From: Edaphobacter sp.
GTDB taxonomy: Bacteria > Acidobacteriota > Terriglobia > Terriglobales > Acidobacteriaceae
Length of the DNA: 64,000 nucleotides
NCBI GenBank assembly: GCA_035317185.1
Contig: DATHHN010000048.1
Span: 27,194 to 91,193 of the forward strand
Direction: 5' to 3'
Each line of letters opens with the position of its first letter. Within the stretch, counting starts at the first letter, position 1. Under the pieces are notes generated by a model. That model saw nothing but the letters and a program-made list of their open reading frames with translations, ran no database searches and had not been told where the DNA came from. Below are positions 56,283 through 64,000 of the stretch, in pieces. A program made the position numbers and the translations under genes.

Positions 56283-57950
56283 ATGCGACGAATTCCTTTG
56301 CGCCACTGGGCCATGGCTGTGCTTTCCGGTGCCCTCCAGATTTTACCTTTTCCCATCGCCGGGCCAACGCCTCTCTGGCGAACAGCCTTCTGCTGGATCG
56401 CTCTTCTGCCGCTGCTAGCTGCCATTCTCGGAAACGATAAGCAGGGAAATCCACTTACTCGAATCCAGGGTGCAGTTCTCGGATACGTCTGCGGGTTCGT
56501 CTGGTATCTCGGTAACTGTTACTGGATCTATCAGACGATGTATCTCTACGGCGGCCTCGCAAAGCCCATCGCTGTAGGCATTCTTATCCTTTTCTGCCTC
56601 TATCTGGGCCTCTATCATGCTCTCTTCAGTATGCTTCTCGCCGCATTTCGAATTCGTTTCGGACGCCAGACCGCGCTGTTTCTTGTCCCCTTCGCCTGGG
56701 TTGCGGTAGAGCTGGCTCGAGCCCGCATTACTGGCTTGCCCTGGGATTTCCTCGGCGTTACCCAGGTCGACAGCCCTATCCTTACGCGACTGGCCCCTAT
56801 CACCGGAGTCTATGGTCTCTCGTTCATCATCGCCGCCATCAATGCGCTCTGGCTCGTCCGCATCCGAGTCCGCGAGCGTCGATTCACACGCGTAGCCTTT
56901 ACCGCCGCCGGGGTTATCTTCGTCGTACTGTACGTCTTTACCTTGCGACGAATCGAAAGCCCACAAGACGTACCCACCACGGCCCACGCGACGTTAGTCC
57001 AGGAGAACCTTGAGGTAGGCGCAGCCAGTACCGGCCCACAGCCCTCGACACAGGAACTTCTCGAATCCTTCGCCTACCTAAGTCGTTTTCCCTCTGCCCA
57101 TTTTTTGTTGGGCATTCCCGAACTTCCAGGCACCCAATCGGTCTACCTCATTCGCCAGCATCCTCTTGAAGATGGAGCAGATCCCAACACTTTCGCTCCC
57201 ATGCCCACGGATCTCATTGTCTGGCCGGAATCACCAGCACCTTTTGAAGAGAACGACCCGCTGTTCCGCGCGGCGCTGTCGAATCTCGCCCGCCAAGCCA
57301 ACGCGCCCATCATCGCAGGCAACATCGGCACCGACCGCACCACCGATAATCCACGCGGGTACAATCTCTTCAACTCCGCCTCCTTCGTCAACCCGCATGG
57401 AGAGTTCGTCGGCCGCTACGACAAGATGCATCTCGTGCCTTTTGGCGAGTACGTTCCCTTCAAGGCATTTTTCTTCTTCGCAAAAAGCCTCCTCTACGAA
57501 GCAGGCACCTTCGATCGCGGCCAGCACCGAATAGTCTTCACTACAGGTGGCCACACTTACGGAACCTTCATTTGCTACGAGTCCATCTTCGGCAACGAAA
57601 TCCGCGAGTTCACCAAACAAGGCGCTGAAGTTCTGGTCAACATCTCCAATGACGGCTGGTACGGTGACACCAGTGCACCGTGGCAGCACTTGAACATGGT
57701 TCGTATGCGCGCCATCGAAAACCACCGCTGGATTATCCGCGCCACCAACACCGGAGTCACCGCCTCCATCACTCCCTACGGCCGCGTAATCGCCGCCGCG
57801 CCTCGTCACATCCGCACCAGCATCCGCGTCGGCTTCGCCTACGAGCACGACCTTACCTTCTACGTCGCCCACGGCGATCTCTTCGCCTACGCCTGCGCTC
57901 TGGTCACTGCAATTGCTCTCGCATTTAGCCTTCGAGCAAAATTGCCGTAA
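56283..57950 (+). CDS. lnt: Apolipoprotein N-acyltransferase
   Basis: TGLPW..LG..Q, IVWPES, YDKMHLVPFGEY, FICYES, NISNDGWY, RAIENHRW.IRATNTG. Confidence 0.97.
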   Translation: MRRIPLRHWAMAVLSGALQILPFPIAGPTPLWRTAFCWIALLPLLAAILGNDKQGNPLTRIQGAVLGYVCGFVWYLGNCYWIYQTMYLYGGLAKPIAVGILILFCLYLGLYHALFSMLLAAFRIRFGRQTALFLVPFAWVAVELARARITGLPWDFLGVTQVDSPILTRLAPITGVYGLSFIIAAINALWLVRIRVRERRFTRVAFTAAGVIFVVLYVFTLRRIESPQDVPTTAHATLVQENLEVGAASTGPQPSTQELLESFAYLSRFPSAHFLLGIPELPGTQSVYLIRQHPLEDGADPNTFAPMPTDLIVWPESPAPFEENDPLFRAALSNLARQANAPIIAGNIGTDRTTDNPRGYNLFNSASFVNPHGEFVGRYDKMHLVPFGEYVPFKAFFFFAKSLLYEAGTFDRGQHRIVFTTGGHTYGTFICYESIFGNEIREFTKQGAEVLVNISNDGWYGDTSAPWQHLNMVRMRAIENHRWIIRATNTGVTASITPYGRVIAAAPRHIRTSIRVGFAYEHDLTFYVAHGDLFAYACALVTAIALAFSLRAKLP

Positions 57951-57961
57951 ACTAAATATCT

Positions 57962-59096
57962 ATGCTCAGTGATCTTGAATACTCCTACTCCCCGGTGCGC
58001 GACAGAGTTCGCGAGCTGCGGGAGTACCTTTGACTCGCCCCGCCTCCGCCGAGAACTAGCTGTCATTGAAGAAAAGACCTCCGACCCATCCATCTGGGCC
58101 GACCCCGCACGCTCGCAGCCTCTCATGCGCGAGCGCAAGCGAATCGAAAACCTCCTGACTGACGACGCCGAGCTGGCCCGCCGCTCCGACGACATCGAGG
58201 CCTACTTCGAGCTCGCCAAAGAGGGCGAAGACACCGAGCCCGACCTTGCCCGCGAGATTCCCGCGCTCATCGAATTCCTCGACAAGCTCGAATCGAAGAC
58301 CATGCTCTCCGAGGAAACAGATCCTCTCAACGCGATCGTCGTCGTCCATCCTGGCGCGGGTGGCACCGAGTCGCAAGACTGGGCCGAGATGCTCATGCGC
58401 ATGTACATCCGCTGGGGCGAGCGACAGAACTTCAAGGTCGAGATCAACGAAGTCCAGGACGGCGACGAAGCCGGCATCAAATCCGCCACCTTCACCATCT
58501 CCGGCGACTTCGCCTTCGGTCTTCTCTCCGGCGAGACCGGGGTCCACCGCCTCGTCCGCATCTCTCCTTTCGACTCTGCCAAGCGCCGCCACACCAGCTT
58601 CGCCAGCGTCTACGTCTCGCCCGAGATCGACGACACCATCGTCATCGACATTAAGACCGAAGATCTCCGCATCGACACCTACCGCTCCGGTGGCAAAGGC
58701 GGCCAGCACGTCAACACCACCGACTCCGCCGTCCGCATCACCCACCTTCCCACCGGCCTAGTCGCCGGTTGCCAGAACGAGCGCTCCCAGCACAAAAACA
58801 AGGAGAGGGCGATGAAGCTTCTCCGGTCGCGCCTCTACGAGTACGAGCTGGACAAGAAGAAAGCAATAAGCCGCAAGCTCGAAGACTCCAAACTCGACAT
58901 CAAGTTCGGCTCGCAGATTCGCAGCTACGTCCTGCAGCCCTATCGCATGGCCAAGGATCTCCGCACCCGTGTTGAAGTAGGCGATGTGGATAAGGTCCTC
59001 GATGGCGATCTCGAGCCCTTCATCCGCGGCTATCTACGCATGCGTCGCGAAGGCAACTTTCCAGCGGGCGTCGCAGAAGACGACGAAGTCGCCTGA
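57962..59096 (+). CDS. prfB: Peptide chain release factor 2 (programmed +1 frameshift)
   Basis: ATG 57962, 23 codons, then CTT TGA C; the +1 frame carries GGTESQDW, ISPF, SGGKGGQHVN. The ORF-track start at 57969 is an artefact. Confidence 0.98.
58020..58034 (+). promoter_or_regulatory. prfB +1 ribosomal frameshift cassette
   Basis: GGGAG-TAC-CTT-TGA-C: internal SD, 3-nt spacer, slippery CTT and UGAC stop. Confidence 0.95.
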
Positions 59097-59149
59097 CAAT
59101 CGCTTGATTCGGCAGCCCTCCGCCTGCATCCAATAGGTGGAGGGTCCGC

Positions 59150-59674
59150 ATGCCCGAACCGAAGCACACCGACTCCGCAAGACACACGCACACCGAACAG
59201 TCCGAGCTTCGCAAGCAAATCCTGGCCCTCCTTCGCGGAGGCCAGGCCCACGCCACCTTCGACGAAGCCATCAAAGACTTTCCGGCGAATCATCGCTCCA
59301 CCGTACCACCGAATCTCCCTTATTCCGCCTGGCAGCTCCTCGAACACCTTCGCATCGCCCAGCGCGACATTCTCAACTTTTCCGCTCCTCCCACTGGCGG
59401 CTACCACCCTCTCCAGTGGCCCGAGGAATACTGGCCTAAATCCCCCGAGCCACCTTCAGCCCATGCGTGGGACGCCTCTATCGCCGCCATTCGCAAGGAT
59501 CTCGAGCACTTCGAGGCCCTCATCACCAAATCCGATTCCGATCTCTTCAAGCCCTTCCGTTGGGGCGACGGCCAGAATCTTCTTCGCGAAGCGCTTCTCA
59601 TCGCCGACCACACCGCTTATCATCTCGGTGAGCTTATTGTTCTTCGCCGCCTCCTCGGCATCTGGCACAAATAA
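59150..59674 (+). CDS. DinB-family protein
   Basis: AHATFD, WQLLEHLRIAQ, ADHTAYHLG. Confidence 0.88.
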   Translation: MPEPKHTDSARHTHTEQSELRKQILALLRGGQAHATFDEAIKDFPANHRSTVPPNLPYSAWQLLEHLRIAQRDILNFSAPPTGGYHPLQWPEEYWPKSPEPPSAHAWDASIAAIRKDLEHFEALITKSDSDLFKPFRWGDGQNLLREALLIADHTAYHLGELIVLRRLLGIWHK

Positions 59675-59704
59675 CCAACCTTCGGAAAGATCGGAAAGAG
59701 AAAA

Positions 59705-60124
59705 ATGAACGAACCCGAAGTCATCCGAGACATGCTCGGCGACCCTCCGTCGCAGCCTCGCACCATCGCCGTCATCGGTCTGGCCGACGACGCCAATAAG
59801 CCCAGCAACTACGTTCCTGCCTACATGCAGAAACAGGGTTACCGCATCCTGCCAATCAACCCGACGGTCGAAACCGTCCTTGGCGAAAAATCCTATGCCA
59901 GCCTCGCCGATCTCCCCATCAAACCCGACATCGTCAACGTCTTCCGCCTTCCCAGGTTCATTCCCGCCATCGTCGATCAGATGCTCTCTCTCGGTCTCAA
60001 GAACATCTGGGTCCAGCAGGGAATCATCAACGCCGAAGCCGCTGCACGTGCTGAAGCCGGAGGCATCCACGTCGTCATGGATCGCTGCATCATGGTCGAG
60101 CACTCCCGCGCACACCTCTCCTAG
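59705..60124 (+). CDS. CoA-binding protein (YccU-like)
   Basis: TIAVIGL...PINP..GEKSYASL, DIVNVFR, IWVQQGI, VMDRC. Confidence 0.92.
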   Translation: MNEPEVIRDMLGDPPSQPRTIAVIGLADDANKPSNYVPAYMQKQGYRILPINPTVETVLGEKSYASLADLPIKPDIVNVFRLPRFIPAIVDQMLSLGLKNIWVQQGIINAEAAARAEAGGIHVVMDRCIMVEHSRAHLS

Positions 60125-60175
60125 CAGCTTCACACGTCTAACAGAAAGCCGAGCAGTCACCTACAATTAAAATTC

Positions 60176-62278
60176 ATGAATATTCGTCGCCACGTCTCTA
60201 TTCTGTTGCTCCTCCTCTGCGCCACTCTGGCCCTCACTTCGGCCAACGCACAGATCCAGGTCGTAGGTGACGGCGGCCCCGGTCCCGTCAAGGCTCAGCA
60301 CCTCACCGCAGAGCTTGTCTCGCTCTCCCCGACCATCGCCCCAGGGGGCACGGTACAGGTCGGCCTCGTCCTCACCCTCGAAGAGCACTGGCACGTCTAC
60401 TGGATCAATGCCGGCGACTCCGGCGAGCCGCCGAAAATCACCTGGACACTGCCTCCCGGCATCACCGCCGGTCCCGTGCAGTTCCCCATACCCACGCGCC
60501 TTCCCCTCGGCCCGCTCATGGACTTCGGCTACGAAGACTCCGTAGCCTTCCCCGTTCTTATCACCGCCGCAAAAGACATCAAGCACGGCCCCATCCGTCT
60601 CGACGCCCAGGTTAACTGGCTCGTCTGCCGTGAGGTCTGCATCCCCGGCAAGGCCCATCTCGGCCTCAACCTCACCGTCGTCCCCGGCCCCACCACCCCT
60701 GTCCAGCCCGTAGGCGCAGTCGGCGAAGCCCTTGGCCTCATTCCCAAGCCGCTACCGCCCGACATGAAGTTCACCGCCCTTGGCGGCAAGCAGGACTTCG
60801 TCTTTACCCTCACCACCGGCGAGCGCGAGACCGACGCCGAATTCTATCCCTTCGATCAGGAACAGATCGCTAACGCCGCCGACCAGCGCGTCGAGCCGTT
60901 ATCCGATGGCGTTCGTCTCCGTGTAGCCCGCGCACCCGAGCTCACACAACTCCCCGCAAAAATCCACGGCGTTCTCAAACTCAACGACGAGCGAGCCTAC
61001 GAAGTCACTGCCCCCGTCACTCCCGGCGAACTAGCCGCAGCCCCCGGCACAACGCCTCCTCCGGGCACTACCGAAGTCACCACCCTCACCGCCATCGGCC
61101 TTGCCTTTGTCGGCGGCATCATCCTTAACCTGATGCCCTGCGTCTTCCCCGTCCTCTTCCTCAAAGGCCTCGCTCTGGTGCAGTCCTCCAGCGAAGAGCG
61201 CAGCCGCCTCCGCAGTCACGGCCTTGTCTACACCCTGGGCATCCTTGTCTCCTTCTGGGCTATCGTCGCCGTTCTGCTCGGTCTTCGTGCCGGTGGCAGT
61301 CAGGCCGGATGGGGCTTCCAGCTTCAATCCCCGATCTTCATCACCCTCCTCGCCGCGGGCCTCTTCTTCTTCGCCCTCTCGCTCGCCGGACAGTTCGAGC
61401 TAGGCCTCTCCCTCACCAGCGTCGGAGGCGGCCTCGCGCAGAAGCATGGCTACACCGGCAGCTTCTTCACCGGTGTGCTCGCCACCATCGTCGCCACCCC
61501 ATGCACGGCGCCGCTCATGGGAGCGGCCATCGGATTTGCGCTTGCACAGTCCGCAGCCGTCACCTTTGCAGTCTTCACCGCGTTGGCTCTAGGCCTTGCC
61601 ACCCCGTATCTTCTGCTCAGCTTTAACCCTGCATGGACGCGCCTGTTGCCACGCCCCGGCGCATGGATGGAAATCTTCAAACAGATCACATCCGTTATCT
61701 TTTTCGCTACGGTTATCTGGCTCGCCTGGGTCTACGGACATCTGTCCTCTGCCTCAAGCCTTGGCGTCGATCACGTAGCAAAGCTTCTTCTCTGCTTCCT
61801 TCTCATCGCTGTAGCCGGATGGGCCCTCGGCAAATGGCCCGCCCGCTGGTCCAGCGCCGTCGCAGCGGTAGTTCTCATCGCCATCGGCCTCGCCATCCCG
61901 CTCTACCAGCCCAAAGACACCACCCTCACCTGGGCCCCCTTTTCGCAGCAGGCGCTCGATCAGGCCCGCGCCGCCGGCCATCCCGTCTTCATCGACTTCA
62001 CCGCCGCCTGGTGCCTCAGCTGCCAGGTCAACGAGCGCCTTGTCCTCCGTTCCTCCGACGTTCAGCGTCAGTTCGCCGACAACAAAGTCACTCTCCTCAA
62101 GGCCGACTGGACCCAGTACGATCCCGAGATCACAAAACATCTCGCCTCCGTAGGCCGCAGTGGAGTTCCCACCTATGTCATCTATCCCGGCCGCCCCAAC
62201 TCTCAGGCCGACGTCCTGCCCGAGCTCCTCACTAAAGACATCGTCCTCAACGCCCTCACCAAAAACCTAAAGCAATGA
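60176..62278 (+). CDS. dsbD: DsbD-family thiol:disulfide interchange protein
   Basis: N-terminal WHVYW.N.GDSG domain with VCREVCIPG; TM domain NLMPCVFPV and ATPCTAP; thioredoxin domain AAWCLSCQVNE. Confidence 0.93.
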   Translation: MNIRRHVSILLLLLCATLALTSANAQIQVVGDGGPGPVKAQHLTAELVSLSPTIAPGGTVQVGLVLTLEEHWHVYWINAGDSGEPPKITWTLPPGITAGPVQFPIPTRLPLGPLMDFGYEDSVAFPVLITAAKDIKHGPIRLDAQVNWLVCREVCIPGKAHLGLNLTVVPGPTTPVQPVGAVGEALGLIPKPLPPDMKFTALGGKQDFVFTLTTGERETDAEFYPFDQEQIANAADQRVEPLSDGVRLRVARAPELTQLPAKIHGVLKLNDERAYEVTAPVTPGELAAAPGTTPPPGTTEVTTLTAIGLAFVGGIILNLMPCVFPVLFLKGLALVQSSSEERSRLRSHGLVYTLGILVSFWAIVAVLLGLRAGGSQAGWGFQLQSPIFITLLAAGLFFFALSLAGQFELGLSLTSVGGGLAQKHGYTGSFFTGVLATIVATPCTAPLMGAAIGFALAQSAAVTFAVFTALALGLATPYLLLSFNPAWTRLLPRPGAWMEIFKQITSVIFFATVIWLAWVYGHLSSASSLGVDHVAKLLLCFLLIAVAGWALGKWPARWSSAVAAVVLIAIGLAIPLYQPKDTTLTWAPFSQQALDQARAAGHPVFIDFTAAWCLSCQVNERLVLRSSDVQRQFADNKVTLLKADWTQYDPEITKHLASVGRSGVPTYVIYPGRPNSQADVLPELLTKDIVLNALTKNLKQ

Positions 62279-62676
62279 CCCCAAATTCGAGAACTGACGA
62301 ACAGCAGATCCGCGCCCTCATCGACGCCTGGGCCGCGGCCACCCACACCGGCGACCTCATCGCCCAGATGAACCTGATGACCGAAGACGTCGTCTTCCTC
62401 ACCGCCGGCAACATACCCATGCGCCGCGAAGACTACGTCGCCGGTTTCCGCTCCATGATCGACCAGGTAAGCCTCCACATCCGCTCCAACCCGCAGGAGA
62501 TCACCATCACCGGCGACACCGCCATCTGCTGGAACCTTCTCGAGGTCTCGATCACCCCGCTGGAGGGAGGCGCCACCATCAAACGCGCCGGCAACACCCT
62601 CACCGTCCTTCGCCGCGGCGTCGACGGCCAATGGCGCATCTGGCGCGACGCCAACATGCTCGCCCCTACGTCCTAG
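62275..62676 (+). CDS. SnoaL/NTF2-like protein (YybH/SgcJ-like, DUF4440)
   Basis: IRALIDAW, MTEDVVFL, GDTA, RRGVDGQWRIWRDAN; ATGA overlap with dsbD. Confidence 0.85.
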   Translation: MTPNSRTDEQQIRALIDAWAAATHTGDLIAQMNLMTEDVVFLTAGNIPMRREDYVAGFRSMIDQVSLHIRSNPQEITITGDTAICWNLLEVSITPLEGGATIKRAGNTLTVLRRGVDGQWRIWRDANMLAPTS

Positions 62677-62703
62677 AATGATTTCAGTATTAGTGGATGG
62701 GAG

Positions 62704-62757
62704 CGCAGGGCTTTAGCCCTGCGAAAAGAACAAACAGATAATAGGGGCTTTAGCCCC
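62704..62757. repeat. Paired REP-like palindromes (GGGCTTTAGCCC family)
   Basis: CGCAGGGC-TTTA-GCCCTGCG (62704-62723) and GGGGC-TTTA-GCCCC (62744-62757). Confidence 0.75.
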
Positions 62758-62840
62758 GGGCCTTTCCCTCGCCCGCTACAACCTTGCGCCTCGCCCCACC
62801 ACAGTCGCAAAATATCGGCAGGCAGTAGCTGGAGGCGCTC

Positions 62841-63443
62841 ATGTCCCACCGCCGTCTTCTTCCCGTCGTTCTCGCTCTCGCCACCCTCACCGCCTTCGCC
62901 ATCCCTCCCGGCACCCTCGCGCCTGACTTCAAAGGCGTCGACTCCAACGGCGTCACCCACCGTCTCTCCGACTACCGCGGCAAATATGTCGTCCTCGAGT
63001 GGGCCAACAAGGGCTGCCCCTTCGAGCAGAAACACTACCTCAGTGGAAACATGGAAGCCCTCCAGCACGAGTGGACCGGAAAAGGCGTCGTCTGGCTCTC
63101 CGTCCTCTCATCGGCTCCCGGTGAGCAGGGCAACGTCACCCCTGGCGAAGAGAACGAGTACCTCAAGACCATGAAAGCCGCCCCAACCGCCGCTCTCCTC
63201 GATCCCAGCGGAGAGATCGGCCATCTCTATCAGGCCAAGACCACACCGCACATCTTCGTCATCGACCCCACCGGCAAGCTCATCTACCAGGGAGCCATCG
63301 ACGATAAGCCCACCACCGACCAGGCCGATGTCAAGACCGCCCATAACTACCTCAACGAAGCTCTCAACGCAGCCATGTCCGGCAAACCCGTTCCCACCGC
63401 CAGCACGCGCCCCTATGGCTGCTCCGTAAAGTACAAAGACTAG
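62841..63443 (+). CDS. Secreted thioredoxin-fold redoxin (AhpC/TSA-like)
   Basis: Signal peptide; APDF, VVLEWANKGCPF, AKTTPHIFVID, YQGAIDD, YGCSVKY; SD GGAGG. Confidence 0.9.
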   Translation: MSHRRLLPVVLALATLTAFAIPPGTLAPDFKGVDSNGVTHRLSDYRGKYVVLEWANKGCPFEQKHYLSGNMEALQHEWTGKGVVWLSVLSSAPGEQGNVTPGEENEYLKTMKAAPTAALLDPSGEIGHLYQAKTTPHIFVIDPTGKLIYQGAIDDKPTTDQADVKTAHNYLNEALNAAMSGKPVPTASTRPYGCSVKYKD

Positions 63444-63477
63444 GCTTCCCCGCGCAGCCTACTGTGTACCATTGTCC

Positions 63478-64000
63478 ATGCGCCGATATCTTTCGCAGCT
63501 TTCCTCTGCTCTGATCGTCCTCTCTGGTCTTGCCTGCGCTCAGGCTCCCGCTGCTGCGCCAAACAGCGACCAGGTCACCTCCTTCATGGTCAAGCTTCAC
63601 AGCGGGATCTCCCTCAACTACGTCGCGCAAGGCGATGCCAGCGGCCCCGTCATCGTCCTTCTGCACGGCGCAGGAGACTCCTGGCACTCCTTCCAGCGCG
63701 TCCTCCCGCTCCTGCCATCTACCTACCGCGTCTACGCCATCACCCTTCGCGGCCACGGCCTCTCCGACCATCCCGAGACCGGATACACCCGCGCCGACAT
63801 CGCCGCCGACATCCTCGATCTCCTCGACCAGCTCCACCTCCAGCACGTCACTCTCGTCGGCCACTCCCTCGGCAGCTTCGTCGCCCAGAAAGTCGCCGAG
63901 CAGGATGCTGCGGGTCACATCGACCGCGTCGTTCTCATAGGCTCCGGTCCCGGTACCGTCAAACCCGGCGTCCAGAGCGTCAGCAGCGCCTTCGCCGCCC
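63478..64000 (+). CDS. Secreted alpha/beta hydrolase, 5' part (runs off the right edge)
   Basis: Manual translation from ATG 63478: signal peptide, VLLHGAGDS, LRGHGLSD, VGHSLG nucleophile elbow. Not in the ORF track. Confidence 0.92.
   Translation, partial: MRRYLSQLSSALIVLSGLACAQAPAAAPNSDQVTSFMVKLHSGISLNYVAQGDASGPVIVLLHGAGDSWHSFQRVLPLLPSTYRVYAITLRGHGLSDHPETGYTRADIAADILDLLDQLHLQHVTLVGHSLGSFVAQKVAEQDAAGHIDRVVLIGSGPGTVKPGVQSVSSAFAA

Overview
Core-chromosome window of what looks like an Acidobacteriota (Acidobacteriaceae-like) genome; the taxon is inferred from gene content, protein style and repeat families, not from a search. Left to right it holds: the 5' part of smc (minus strand, runs off the window and is missing from the ORF track), a secreted helical-repeat protein, a stand-alone EAL protein, ymdB, an Rrf2 regulator, an arylsulfatase, lysS, a split F0 ATP synthase block (atpZ-atpI-atpB-atpE), a complex I operon nuoA-C-D-orf-E-F-G-H-J-K-L-M-N lacking nuoB and nuoI, prepilin peptidase, an OprB-type porin divergent from an RcnR-type Ni/Co repressor, a compact TonB-dependent-receptor-like gene, thiG, ruvC, a FecR/DUF6600 protein, rsmA, glgA, uvrC, an OmpA lipoprotein, mazG-GNAT-OSBS/NSAR, bactofilin plus a methyltransferase-like gene, a KimA-like transporter, lnt, prfB with its +1 frameshift, and a DsbD/redoxin block. 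I saw no tRNA, rRNA, CRISPR array, transposase or prophage gene. Most interesting: (1) the RcnR-operator-porin unit with a Cys/His/Asp-containing in-frame leader and an internal hairpin; (2) a roughly 160-nt intergenic RNA before thiG with two mutually exclusive folds; (3) an 85-aa AT-hook, coiled-coil basic protein with a canonical promoter, a candidate nucleoid-associated protein; (4) a 50-aa membrane micro-protein upstream of the KimA-like transporter, absent from the ORF track; (5) many apparently leaderless genes; (6) REP-like palindromes in several intergenic spacers, including inside the nuo operon. All folds, spacings and translations were worked out by hand and no database search was run.
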